Shown: positions 47,104 to 56,592 of the stretch, piece after piece
Layout: each line of letters opens with the position of its first letter
Position numbering within the stretch: position 1 is the stretch's first letter
IMG/VR virus record: IMGVR_UViG_3300021959_006010
Span: 124,001 to 188,000 of that record
Direction: 5' to 3' (one strand)
Length of the DNA stretch: 64,000 nt
Translations under genes and position numbers: made by a program
The notes under the pieces: generated by a model
The model's input: only the letters and a program-made list of their open reading frames with translations
Database searches by the model: none
What the model was told of the DNA's origin: nothing

Positions 47104-47538
47104 ATGATCGATGCGTATCGTTTAGCATTTTACGATGTAATAAAAGAAACGCAAGCCAAAACAGGATACGAATTACCGGAACACCTTGAGGCTTACGTTG
47201 TTATGCTTTTGGCTCATCATATAGATCATCCTAATTTTTTACCTGAAAAATCATTTGCAGAAGCATACTTAAAACTAGAACGTCCTGGCGATATGAGTGC
47301 AAAAGAACTAGGCGATATTTGTTTGTTTGTTACAGGTGTTTTTCCTACATATGGACGTAAACACGGACTTAATCGTAAATACTATCAAGATATCGGAATT
47401 GGATCTTACGAAATAGTAGCAGAGGTAATGAGTCCTGATTTGTTCTCACAACTTGCTACACATTTCAATTTTTTGTCAGACTTTATAGAAATATCTACTA
47501 GTTCTTCCAAACAGATGCATAGTATCCTTTTCCATTAG
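47104..47538 (+). CDS. Hypothetical helical protein
   Basis: 144 aa; ATAAATA directly upstream. Confidence 0.65.
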   Translation: MIDAYRLAFYDVIKETQAKTGYELPEHLEAYVVMLLAHHIDHPNFLPEKSFAEAYLKLERPGDMSAKELGDICLFVTGVFPTYGRKHGLNRKYYQDIGIGSYEIVAEVMSPDLFSQLATHFNFLSDFIEISTSSSKQMHSILFH

Positions 47539-48223
47539 TATCGCCGCCTCCGTTATCAACTTCAACGCCGTCATACTCTACACTAGTAATAGTGTCTTCA
47601 CCGTTTAAAAATTCTGTAGTTACAATAGTAAGTTTCTTAGGATCAAAGTCGCCGTAAGTAGTAATAACACCATCAAAGAATGTACCCTTTTCACTACTGT
47701 AAAGTTGAGCAATGTATTCAGTACCTTCTGGTGTTTCGTCTGACACTCCCATTTGAACTATTTCAACTTCGTAGTCGCTTTCTTCACCTAGTCGATCATT
47801 CAATTCGTCGATGCGTTCGTCTAGCACTTCTGCAATTACTCTTGAACTATATTCGTCACTATCAACCTCATCAATGCAAATATGACAACTATCCCATGTG
47901 CCGCCATAGCTGTGTTCAAACTCTGTGTGAGATTCGTACCAAGGACGCTTATAATTGTCATCGTCTTTGTCGTGTAAGAACTGTGCTTCTTCAGGCACAC
48001 CGTCGATATCATCATATTCTGGTTCTTCGTCGTCGTCAGAAGCCATATATGATACAAGATCGTTATCGCCGTGCTCATCTAAGACAGGCTTCCAAAAATC
48101 ATGTGCTTCTTTTGAAATACTCATGTAGGCTGCTTCGCCGCCGTATCCGCTAATCAATACACGAAAATAGCGTTCGCCTTTAAGTGTATCGATAGTTTCT
48201 TGCTTTTCTTCGCTAGTTGCCAT
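47498..48223 (-). CDS. Acidic hypothetical protein
   Basis: 241 aa; promoter TTGACA-18-TATAGT at 48256-48285. Confidence 0.7.
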   Translation of the reverse strand: MATSEEKQETIDTLKGERYFRVLISGYGGEAAYMSISKEAHDFWKPVLDEHGDNDLVSYMASDDDEEPEYDDIDGVPEEAQFLHDKDDDNYKRPWYESHTEFEHSYGGTWDSCHICIDEVDSDEYSSRVIAEVLDERIDELNDRLGEESDYEVEIVQMGVSDETPEGTEYIAQLYSSEKGTFFDGVITTYGDFDPKKLTIVTTEFLNGEDTITSVEYDGVEVDNGGGDTNGKGYYASVWKN

Positions 48224-48281
48224 TTTATAACCTCGTTAACATCTAAGTTATAATAACTATACTACACTTATGGCAGAGCTG

Positions 48282-48575
48282 TCAACCTTTTTTTCGCATA
48301 AGTTTTGCTTTTAAATCATCTAGCTCTTTTTCGTGTTTAGCTCTTTGAGTATTTTCTTCTCGTGTTCTCTCCAAACTTCTCGGCGGCTGTCGTTTTGCTT
48401 CATCCACCAATTGCTTGGGTTGTGTCTGTGTATTTTTATTGGGTCTGTTATCGATCTCAAGGCTGCTTTTAATAGCGGCGATTCTTCTCTTGATGTCAAC
48501 AATTCTTTGATAGAGCTCATCCTCAGGTTGCTCGGCATCTATAACTTTCCTTTCTAGTCTTAACCATTTAAGCAT
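48282..48575 (-). CDS. Hypothetical basic coiled-coil protein
   Basis: Start MLKWL. Confidence 0.55.
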   Translation of the reverse strand: MLKWLRLERKVIDAEQPEDELYQRIVDIKRRIAAIKSSLEIDNRPNKNTQTQPKQLVDEAKRQPPRSLERTREENTQRAKHEKELDDLKAKLMRKKG

Positions 48576-48579
48576 ACTG

Positions 48580-48936
48580 TTATTTAACCAAAAATTCAAC
48601 TCCTAGAAGCAAACCGAAATTATGATCACTATTTACATATTCACCAGTTGGAGCAATAAAATATCTAGTATTTTCGGAGGCATCATAAGTAAATCTTGCA
48701 AAAGGTGCAAGCTTTGAAATTTCTGGATATCCTGTTGCTAATGCAGCTTCGAAACTAAGATTCTCTGTAAGATCTTGTCTATATCCTACGTAAAAACTTA
48801 TTTTATCTACACTATTGTAATAAAATCCAGATATTAACTGTTCGTTTTGATAACGTATATGAGGATGTACTCCGTTGTAATTGTGTTCTAATCCTGCGTG
48901 TAAACTTAATCCTAAAGCTAATGTTATTGGATCCAT
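48580..48936 (-). CDS. Small putative outer-membrane beta-barrel-like protein
   Basis: Alternating aromatic/hydrophobic strands with terminal VEF; start MDPIT. Confidence 0.5.
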   Translation of the reverse strand: MDPITLALGLSLHAGLEHNYNGVHPHIRYQNEQLISGFYYNSVDKISFYVGYRQDLTENLSFEAALATGYPEISKLAPFARFTYDASENTRYFIAPTGEYVNSDHNFGLLLGVEFLVK

Positions 48937-48949
48937 TGTTTTCCTTCCT

Positions 48950-49048
48950 TCAAGAAAATACAACTACTACCGCAAAACCTACTATGGCTATGAGAATAAC
49001 ACATAGCCATACATATTGCATTGGTGTTGTATCTCTATGACTCCACAT
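48950..49048 (-). CDS. Possible 32 aa single-TM peptide
   Basis: MWSHRDTTPMQYVWLCVILIAIVGFAVVVVFS; TAATG coupling. Confidence 0.4.
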   Translation of the reverse strand: MWSHRDTTPMQYVWLCVILIAIVGFAVVVVFS

Positions 49049-49686
49049 TATTTCATATCATTTAGAGGATTATCCAGTGCCTCCTGTAGCAATTCTCTAA
49101 TGTCCTTGTCTAGCTTGTCCATGTTTTCGTCTATTCTCGATTCAGTAGCTCTCATTGTGTCACGCACATCTTTTTCAGTTTCTCTATTGAGTGACTCAAC
49201 TTCACGTATGCTTTGTGCTACATCTTTTTCAACTTGATTTATATCAGCACGTACACCTTCGAGGGTTGCTTCAATACTTGCTTGTGCGTCCTTAACACGT
49301 TTCTCTGATTCGTCTACTTTATCTTCCATTCTATCAACTGCTTGTTCAGTTTTTAGAATGTCTTCACGTAGTCCGTCTTTGATATCACGAGTATAGTCTA
49401 CTGCTTCTTCAAGTTTAACTTCTATAATGTCCATACGTTCACTGTAGGATGCCATAAGCTCTTGGTACTCTTGTTGTTGATCTACAAACGCTATAGCTTC
49501 TTCTATCTTTTGATACATTAAGAAACCTCCGTATAAAGAACCTATTACAGTACCTATTACAGTTAATAATGCAGTTACACTCATAAATGTAACTTTTATT
49601 CCAAGGACACGGAACTCTTTATTCTTTAGATTTTCTATGCCCTCTTCCATGTTTTCTAGGCTTTCACCTAAGTCTTTGTTAGCCAT
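49048..49686 (-). CDS. TM-anchored coiled-coil protein
   Basis: One TM then long acidic heptads. Confidence 0.7.
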   Translation of the reverse strand: MANKDLGESLENMEEGIENLKNKEFRVLGIKVTFMSVTALLTVIGTVIGSLYGGFLMYQKIEEAIAFVDQQQEYQELMASYSERMDIIEVKLEEAVDYTRDIKDGLREDILKTEQAVDRMEDKVDESEKRVKDAQASIEATLEGVRADINQVEKDVAQSIREVESLNRETEKDVRDTMRATESRIDENMDKLDKDIRELLQEALDNPLNDMK

Positions 49687-49697
49687 TGCCCTCTCCT

Positions 49698-51758
49698 TTA
49701 TTCGTATTGCGATCTAACCATATCTCTATGTAGTTGATCGCTTGCTCCGTTAAACAATCTTGCATTAGGATTGTCATAATTCTTTTGCCCTTCGTATATT
49801 TCTTTAGGTGCATAAAAATTAGCATCTGCTAAACCTTGTGATTGATATGCTCTAAAGTTTGGATTGTAACCTAGTAGTGCAGCATTTGCATCTTCGTTAT
49901 CTGTACCTGCTAATGCTTCTGCTACAAGTGCATCTTCTTTTGCATTTTGATCTTCCACACTTTCTGTACTTTCTTCAATTGAGTTTTCAACAGTTTCTGC
50001 TTCTAAACTTTGCACTTTAGCAAATGCTAAACTTATTGCACTGTCTACGGCTGCAATGTCAAAGTTAGAATCAACAACTAGCTCAATTGCTAGTCCGCCT
50101 GTGTCGCCTGTATCGTCCGACTGTCCTGGTGTTGACGATATAACAACATTCATTGTACCAGACTCGCCAAAGCTGCTGGGTAATCCAGTTGAGTCTGTAT
50201 TTTCGTCTGTTGTTGTGCCCATTGCAACTGCTTGACTTCCTGTTGTGCTAGAACCGTCATCGCTGCCGTCCATTGACTGTGATCCAAAGTTTTGTGATCC
50301 TGTAGAACCTGAACCAGTTGTATTTGTGCTTGAATTGCTTGCTACACTGTTGCTTGTGCTTGTTGCTTCTGTGCTACTGCCTGCGACAACTGCTGTTGCT
50401 GTTGCAGTTTGTTCTAAATTAGCAACACTTTGTTCTGCAATATCTGATTGTATATCTGCGCTTGTTTGTTCTGCGGCTGCTACACTTGCTTGTGAGTTTG
50501 CAACTGCTCCCGAGCTTGCTGCGCCTGCTACATTGTCTGCTGCTGCAACTGCGGCTGCTGCTACACTCAACGGATTTGCACTAGGTGCATTAGACGCTGA
50601 TGATTCTTCTTGTGCTACTTCTTCTGTAGCTTCTTCTACCGCAGCTACTTCTTCAACTGCTGCTGTTGTTTCTTCTGCAACTGCCTCAGATGGTGTAGGA
50701 TCACTTGCAGCGGCGACTTGTGTACTTTCTTGTGTTTGAACAGGTTCAAAAGTTTGCGTTTGAGTTTCTGTAATTGGTTCACTCGTAATTTCCTCCAATG
50801 CTCCTGATCCGTCATCTAATGATGCTGTTGATGTTTCTTGTACTGACTGTAGGAACGCTTGATCGTCTGTTGTTCCTGCAGGATCTGCTGTGGTTGACTG
50901 TGCAATCATTTCTAATAGTGCATCTTGTTCTGCTGCCAGTGCATCTGCATAACCAGGACAAGTAGGACTGCTTAATGGATCTAAGTCACAACTGTTATCT
51001 TCTTCTGGTGGACGGTAAACATACAGTCCGTATATTTGTCCTTCTCTAAATTCTGGTCCCCACCATCCTGCCCAGTAGCCTGCATCTTGTCCGTATACTT
51101 CAATTGTAACAGTGTCAACACCTGTTGCGTCTGTGCCAAATGCTTGCGGGAATAACTGTTGTCCACTCTTTAGTTCCCAGTTAGCAATACGATAAGAATA
51201 GTCATATTCTTTAGAATACAGTTCGTTGCCTGCTGTGTCTTTGAATGTTATGGTTACAGTTAGTGGATCTTGGTTAGCCATTTGGTTTGTGCTTGTGTCG
51301 TTAGCATTAGCGTTTTTAACTTTCCACTGATACAAGTAACCTACAACATCAATACCTACTTCTCTTAGTGCCTGTGCAATTACATCTTGTGTTTGACTAA
51401 TAGTTGCTGCTGTATAACCAAAGCGTATAGCACCATCTCCATTAATACCAATGTTAGCACAACTACCTCCTGATGTCCCTGCCCACGAACCGTCACCTCC
51501 ATTGTCTTGACTTTGTTGTAAGCAGCCTGAGGTTGCACTCCAACTGCCTGCACTATTGTTTAACAGTGGATCAAAGTAGGTTATGTCTTCTTCAAGATAG
51601 CTTGAATCGCCAGGAATGCCATAGATAGTTCCAGTATCTACTGTACCAGTAGTCCCATCACTAAACGTAGTTTCCTGTGCTAAACTATTAGAGGCCCAAA
51701 AGCAGAACCATAAGCCCAGCGCCGAGGATGCCTTTAACAGCCCCTTCCATTTGGTCAT
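49698..51758 (-). CDS. Secreted protein with globular N-domain, Ser/Thr/Ala/Glu-rich stalk and C-terminal domain
   Basis: Signal peptide ending SLA-Q; CDLDPLSSPTCPGY; low-complexity middle. Confidence 0.7.
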   Translation of the reverse strand: MTKWKGLLKASSALGLWFCFWASNSLAQETTFSDGTTGTVDTGTIYGIPGDSSYLEEDITYFDPLLNNSAGSWSATSGCLQQSQDNGGDGSWAGTSGGSCANIGINGDGAIRFGYTAATISQTQDVIAQALREVGIDVVGYLYQWKVKNANANDTSTNQMANQDPLTVTITFKDTAGNELYSKEYDYSYRIANWELKSGQQLFPQAFGTDATGVDTVTIEVYGQDAGYWAGWWGPEFREGQIYGLYVYRPPEEDNSCDLDPLSSPTCPGYADALAAEQDALLEMIAQSTTADPAGTTDDQAFLQSVQETSTASLDDGSGALEEITSEPITETQTQTFEPVQTQESTQVAAASDPTPSEAVAEETTAAVEEVAAVEEATEEVAQEESSASNAPSANPLSVAAAAVAAADNVAGAASSGAVANSQASVAAAEQTSADIQSDIAEQSVANLEQTATATAVVAGSSTEATSTSNSVASNSSTNTTGSGSTGSQNFGSQSMDGSDDGSSTTGSQAVAMGTTTDENTDSTGLPSSFGESGTMNVVISSTPGQSDDTGDTGGLAIELVVDSNFDIAAVDSAISLAFAKVQSLEAETVENSIEESTESVEDQNAKEDALVAEALAGTDNEDANAALLGYNPNFRAYQSQGLADANFYAPKEIYEGQKNYDNPNARLFNGASDQLHRDMVRSQYE

Positions 51759-52869
51759 TACGTCTTGTCTCCTGTTCTATGTTTGTTGGTTGTAGCTCAG
51801 GATTTAGTTCCCACTTTGCTTTTGCCTCTGTACCAATTGAACCATCAAACGGGCAAGGAGTACCTGCCATTTCCATTGCACGATATACACTTGGGTCTTG
51901 ACACATAAGAGCAACTGCTGCAACCTTCATCCCCATATTGTAGAGTGTTTTTGAATTTTTGAGTCTTTCACAATTTAAATCACGAACGTGGCCACCGCCT
52001 GATGCGCCAAGTATTTGTGTTTGCACAGCCGCAGAGTATGTTACAGTACAAGTGTCGTTACCACCTAACATCACAGTAGGTGCAATAGCACTTGGAGGAG
52101 GAGACTCGATCTTTTGTGTAATAGTGCTATCGTTTTTGTTTACATTATTATTGTTGTTTGTATTGTTGTTGGTATTTGTGTTTGTATTTGTACTTGTACT
52201 AGTGTTTACGTTTGTATTATTGTTTGTATTAGTATTGGTATTATTACTAGTAACATTACTTGTGCTATTAACTGTTTGGTTGATATTGGAATCTGTAGTT
52301 TGATTTACATTTTGGTTGATTGTTGAATCACTAGTTTGGTTAATAGTTGTGTTATTAGTATTTGTATTAGTGTTTGTATTGTTTGTACCACCACTTAGAA
52401 TATTATTGTTTGTATTAGTAGTTGTACTATTGATAGTAGTGTCATTAGTATTAACGTTTGTATTAGTGTTTGTATTGTTAGAGGTAGTTGTACTATCAAT
52501 TGTAGTGTTGTTAGTATTCAAATTAGTATTTGTATTAGTTGTGCCGCCACTCAACACATTGTTATTTGTATTAGTACTAGTAATTGTAGTATTATTAGTA
52601 TTCAAATTGGTGTTGGTGTTTGTACTATCAATTGTTGTATTGTTAGTATTGGTGTTGGTATTCGTGCTAGTACTAGTACTATCAATAGTACTTGTATTAG
52701 TGTTGGTGTTGTCTGTTGTTACATTGCTATTTGTTGTAGTTGTTGAGTCATTGTTTGTAGTAACATAACTAGTAGAATCATAACTAGTTCCGTCAATTAC
52801 TGTTTGTGCATAAATTCCTGAAGATAACAACAGTGATACTCCAGAAGCCAACAAAAGTTTTTTAGTCAT
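51688..52869 (-). CDS. Secreted Asn/Thr-repeat protein with Cys domain and C-terminal TM
   Basis: Signal MTKKLLLASGVSLLLSSGIYA; about 230 aa of TNTNTNxNTNNTTIDST repeats; PPPSAIAP...C..C..C..CP; terminal hydrophobic helix. Confidence 0.75.
   Translation of the reverse strand: MTKKLLLASGVSLLLSSGIYAQTVIDGTSYDSTSYVTTNNDSTTTTNSNVTTDNTNTNTSTIDSTSTSTNTNTNTNNTTIDSTNTNTNLNTNNTTITSTNTNNNVLSGGTTNTNTNLNTNNTTIDSTTTSNNTNTNTNVNTNDTTINSTTTNTNNNILSGGTNNTNTNTNTNNTTINQTSDSTINQNVNQTTDSNINQTVNSTSNVTSNNTNTNTNNNTNVNTSTSTNTNTNTNNNTNNNNNVNKNDSTITQKIESPPPSAIAPTVMLGGNDTCTVTYSAAVQTQILGASGGGHVRDLNCERLKNSKTLYNMGMKVAAVALMCQDPSVYRAMEMAGTPCPFDGSIGTEAKAKWELNPELQPTNIEQETRRNDQMEGAVKGILGAGLMVLLLGL
52100..52800 (-). repeat. Asn/Thr-coding low-complexity tandem repeats
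   Basis: aatactaatacaaac-type units repeated. Confidence 0.85.
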
Positions 52870-52961
52870 TCTCGTGCCCTCTTTATAAGTGCCCTCACAC
52901 TCATATAATGTATTTATCTTGTACACTGTAAGATATTTTACACCTACTTTATAAATACGTT

Positions 52962-53207
52962 ATGAGCAAAACAGAAAATGATATATGGTGGGATCTATTT
53001 GACGATATGAGAGATCAGTTATATTCTAGTAGTTCAGTTGAAGAGAATAAAACCAATATGCTATCTAATATCGAGCACTATATGATCGACTGTATTAAAG
53101 AAGCTCTAAAAGAAGAAAATAATAATCAAACTCGAGCCGCAAAAAAATTAGGCATCAGTCGAGAATGCCTAATTTATAAAATTAAAAAGTATACAATAAA
53201 CTTCTAA
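52962..53207 (+). CDS. Fis/NtrC-type helix-turn-helix protein
   Basis: ALKEENNNQTRAAKKLGISRECLIYKIKKY; TATAAATA upstream. Confidence 0.8.
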   Translation: MSKTENDIWWDLFDDMRDQLYSSSSVEENKTNMLSNIEHYMIDCIKEALKEENNNQTRAAKKLGISRECLIYKIKKYTINF

Positions 53208-54452
53208 TTATCCAACGGTAGCTGATTTTTTGTATCCTGGTCCGGTTTCTACATACATTTTATAACGTAATAATTCGTACCCGCTAGGTGCTTCTTTTCC
53301 ATCTTTTACAGATTTCTTTTTCAACGCCTTTCTGTATGTGCTACCGCTAAAACGCCCGCCACTGCAAACAAATCTCATTTTAAAAATTAAATCGCTTCCG
53401 CCTTCTTCGTAGTCTGCCATAATTCTTAATTCGGATTTTTTTGTATCAGCTACTGCACTTATTGTTAGATTAGGAACGTTTTTTTCAAATTCTTGTACGG
53501 TTGTAGTATATGCTCCGTTTTTATCAAAAGTAAGAAGTTTAATATTGTCATCGTCTTTATTGATATGTTTCTTTAAGAATACAACTATATCGTTTAAAAA
53601 TGCTGCTTCTTCTCCATCTTTTTCAATTTGAGTGTTAATTTGTTCTGCTGCTTTAACTATGTTTTTATTAAATGCTTGAACGCCTTCGTTTTCACGTCTG
53701 ATAGCACGAAGTTCTTTTTCGTATTCTTTTTCAAGTTTACCGTCTTTTGCATTTTTGTTTACAAGATCTCTCAATTTAGCATCAAGCTCATTATATGCAT
53801 CTAAAGATGCATCGTCAATATCATCAACAATACCAATATCAGCAAAGAATTCAACTTGTCCGCCTGATCCTTTATCAACTCCTGGATGCTGACTAACCGG
53901 CATAACACCCTTACCTGAAGTATCTGTTTTTAAACTATAACCTAAACGTGTTACTTCTCTGTTACCTTCAGTATCAGTATGTACAATACTTACATCAACT
54001 TTAGTACCTTTTTGATCTGCGCCGCCTTCAGCACCTACTGCAATACTATCAGCTATACCATTTGCAAAAATATCCTTTAATTGAAGTCCGGCAGTTTTTA
54101 CTTGAGCATTTGCATCATTAATAATTCCAGGTAATTCAGCAGAAATATTTTCAATAGATGTTTCAATACGTCTTAGATCAGCTATGTGATCCTTCATATT
54201 AATAATATTTTTAAAAACAACTTTGTCAGTAATCTCACTCTTCATACCGTCTTCTCTAGTATCAAGATATGTCAACGACTGATCAAGCCCTTTAATAACT
54301 CTAATTACATCAGCTTTGTCTACTGGATTTGGGAATTTTGCAAAGGCAGCAGTAACGGCTGCTCCCCATACTGTTTCTGCAAGATCGCCTTTTGTATAAC
54401 CCTCTGTTAGTACAGTTGGTTGGTGGTATAATTTAAATTCTCTAAAACGCAT
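53208..54452 (-). CDS. Hypothetical late protein, possible PD-(D/E)xK-like nuclease
   Basis: 414 aa; KVDVSI...GYSLK weak motif; ATAAATA upstream. Confidence 0.5.
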   Translation of the reverse strand: MRFREFKLYHQPTVLTEGYTKGDLAETVWGAAVTAAFAKFPNPVDKADVIRVIKGLDQSLTYLDTREDGMKSEITDKVVFKNIINMKDHIADLRRIETSIENISAELPGIINDANAQVKTAGLQLKDIFANGIADSIAVGAEGGADQKGTKVDVSIVHTDTEGNREVTRLGYSLKTDTSGKGVMPVSQHPGVDKGSGGQVEFFADIGIVDDIDDASLDAYNELDAKLRDLVNKNAKDGKLEKEYEKELRAIRRENEGVQAFNKNIVKAAEQINTQIEKDGEEAAFLNDIVVFLKKHINKDDDNIKLLTFDKNGAYTTTVQEFEKNVPNLTISAVADTKKSELRIMADYEEGGSDLIFKMRFVCSGGRFSGSTYRKALKKKSVKDGKEAPSGYELLRYKMYVETGPGYKKSATVG

Positions 54453-54479
54453 TGATAGTTTCCTAAATATTTTTAGTAT

Positions 54480-55172
54480 TTATGTAATCTTAGGAAACAA
54501 CATGTCACGACAGAATACTTCTACATCTTCTTCAGGTAAACCTAAACTTTTCATAACTGCCGGGGTGTGCGGATTTTGTTGCTGATTATGACAATAATAA
54601 TCTTGGCATGCTGCTACGATATCAGGACTTCCTTCTCCCTTTGATTCTCCAACTTCGTCAAAGTATGCATGTAAGTTGTCTAGTGCAATTCTTATAATTT
54701 CTGTTGCTTCGTCTTCTGTCTTAACATTGCCAGCTGCTAACATTTTACCTGTAAATATATTTCTCGCCCATTCTGGTAGTTCACGCTGTTTCTCTGGAAT
54801 AAAGTGTTCAACACTATCGTAGTAACCTTGTATCATAGGATGATCAACCTCTGAACTAGGCGAAAAATCATGGAATGCTCCTGTTATTTTATTCTTACCA
54901 GCAATAACATCAAAGCCATAAATTGGAGCAGAATTATCTAAGGTAGGAAAAATACATACGTGCATCATCCAGAGGCCTTTTGTATCTCGAGCGTCAACAA
55001 CATCAATATGTGCCCGACGAATGCTATCGTTAGCCCAGACACGATTAATCCAACCATTGTCTGGCTGATTAAAAGCATCAAGTCCTTCTTCGTTGATTTC
55101 CGTTGCACGTTCATCAAACGTTTTAATAATTTCATCTTTACAATCGATTAGTTTATCCCAGATAAAACTCAT
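54480..55172 (-). CDS. pcyX: Ferredoxin-dependent bilin reductase, PcyX-type
   Basis: RRAHIDVVDAR..KGLWMMHVCIFP, GFDVIAGKNKITGAFHDFSP, RELPEWARNIF, NPHTPAVMKSLG. Confidence 0.85.
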   Translation of the reverse strand: MSFIWDKLIDCKDEIIKTFDERATEINEEGLDAFNQPDNGWINRVWANDSIRRAHIDVVDARDTKGLWMMHVCIFPTLDNSAPIYGFDVIAGKNKITGAFHDFSPSSEVDHPMIQGYYDSVEHFIPEKQRELPEWARNIFTGKMLAAGNVKTEDEATEIIRIALDNLHAYFDEVGESKGEGSPDIVAACQDYYCHNQQQNPHTPAVMKSLGLPEEDVEVFCRDMLFPKIT

Positions 55173-55705
55173 TCTTCTCCTAACTCCTCAAATAGTTGCA
55201 TAGCAAATTCAAAACAACGATTGGCTTCGTCTGCCATCTCATCGTGTAGCATTGCACGTACTGTTGTTTTTAAATTTTCTACGTCTTCAAACTCATACAT
55301 TTTACCTGAGCCTGGATTACGTTTAGCAATCATTTGACCGCCATACATATCACCAAAGTGACGTACATAAATGTGTGCAAGCAATTCGTCACTATTCAAA
55401 GTTACTACATGACTTGCATATTGATCCACTACAGGACACAATAAATCTGTGTTTCTTTGAATATCATATTCTGATTCTAATTCTTCGAGATCTTTTAATA
55501 TGTTGTCTACTCTACAAATATTTTCAATACCTTCTAGAACACTACGTTGTTTTGCAATCGATTCTAAAACTGCATATTGTACATATTGATTGTAAATGTA
55601 TCTGTGATATTCTTGCGGAGTCATGCCTTTTAACAATTTACGGGCATGTTCGGTACGTTCTGCTTTTTGATGGTTAGCCCATGTAAGCTCTTTAAGTTTG
55701 CTCAT
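55169..55705 (-). CDS. hemO: Heme oxygenase
   Basis: LKELTWANHQKAE (proximal His), LAHIYVRHFGDMYGGQMI. Confidence 0.88.
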   Translation of the reverse strand: MSKLKELTWANHQKAERTEHARKLLKGMTPQEYHRYIYNQYVQYAVLESIAKQRSVLEGIENICRVDNILKDLEELESEYDIQRNTDLLCPVVDQYASHVVTLNSDELLAHIYVRHFGDMYGGQMIAKRNPGSGKMYEFEDVENLKTTVRAMLHDEMADEANRCFEFAMQLFEELGEE

Positions 55706-56007
55706 TCTGCCTCTACTGTAACTTGTAATGGAAAGCCGTTTGTTCTACTTAAATTAACTGTTTCGATTGCTTTTTGCTCTGCAATTTCAAAAAGATAAGT
55801 TCCAACAACTCCACTTCCTTCGTTGTGGATTGTCATTGTAATACTCTCTGCAGATTCGCGACTGTGTTTAAAGATTTCTGTTAGAACTTTGTAAACCCAT
55901 TCCATTGGTGTTTGGTCGTCGTTTAAGAAAATAACATTGTATTTTAAAGGTTCAGTTATTTGTTCTTCAATTTTTTCATCTAGTTTAATTTCAATATCTG
56001 TACTCAT
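55702..56007 (-). CDS. clpS: ClpAP adaptor ClpS
   Basis: YNVIFLNDDQTPMEWV...IHNEGSGVVG...FPLQVTVE; start MSTDI with GGAG RBS. Confidence 0.9.
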   Translation of the reverse strand: MSTDIEIKLDEKIEEQITEPLKYNVIFLNDDQTPMEWVYKVLTEIFKHSRESAESITMTIHNEGSGVVGTYLFEIAEQKAIETVNLSRTNGFPLQVTVEAE

Positions 56008-56028
56008 ATTATCTCCTAGTAAGTAAAT

Positions 56029-56048
56029 GGGGGAGTCTGAGCTCCCCC
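56029..56048 (-). terminator. GC-rich hairpin between hsp20 and clpS
   Basis: GGGGGAG-6 nt-CTCCCCC; weak U tail. Confidence 0.55.
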
Positions 56049-56055
56049 TAGACAA

Positions 56056-56541
56056 TTACTTGCCTACTTCTCCTTCGAACTCTCCTTCGATTGCTTCTTG
56101 TACATGACCGTTCCAGTCTGTAATAGCAATCTTTTTAGGCTGTAGTTCTTCAGGTATTTCACGCTTTAGATATATGTTAAGCATACCTAGTTCAAGGCCT
56201 GCGCTTTCTACTTCAACGTGATCAGCAAGTGTAAACTCTCTACGGAAGTTGCGTCCGCCGATTCCTTTGTGTAGGTAGTTTACTTCTTCGCCTCCCTTAG
56301 GAGCGTTACCTTCAATTGTTAGAATATTTTTATCCTTAGTAATTTCTAAGTTATCCATACCAAAGCCAGCAACTGCAAGTGAGATCATATACTCATCTTC
56401 GTTGATTTGCACAATATTGTATGGAGGATATCCTGTTGTCTTACTATTAGCAAATTCTCTTTCAAGTTGATTGAAAATTCTATCAAATCCAATAGTAGCT
56501 CTGTGGAATTGAGGTAGGTCTAGAGTTGTTAGTCTTGTCAT
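56056..56541 (-). CDS. hsp20: Small heat-shock protein (IbpA-like)
   Basis: IGFDRIF, YPPYNI, LAVAGF, YLHKGIGGRNFRREF, GMLNI. Confidence 0.95.
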   Translation of the reverse strand: MTRLTTLDLPQFHRATIGFDRIFNQLEREFANSKTTGYPPYNIVQINEDEYMISLAVAGFGMDNLEITKDKNILTIEGNAPKGGEEVNYLHKGIGGRNFRREFTLADHVEVESAGLELGMLNIYLKREIPEELQPKKIAITDWNGHVQEAIEGEFEGEVGK

Positions 56542-56548
56542 GTTTTTT

Positions 56549-56592
56549 CTCCTTTAATAAGCAAGTTAACATTGTAACCCTTTCGGCGTTAC
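56549..56592 (-). promoter_or_regulatory. ROSE-like RNA thermometer plus upstream GAAA hairpin in hsp20 5' UTR
   Basis: CUUGCUU-AUUA-AAGGAG pairs with a bulged G over the SD; upstream GUAAC-G-CC-GAAA-GG-GUUAC. Confidence 0.7.

Noticed and set aside
52100-52800. CRISPR-like or microsatellite array
   Set aside because: Repeats are in-frame Asn/Thr codons with no repeat-spacer structure
56008-56055. N-terminal extension MSRGSSDSPIY of ClpS in the ORF track
   Set aside because: It runs through the hairpin after hsp20; ATG 56007 has a proper GGAG RBS
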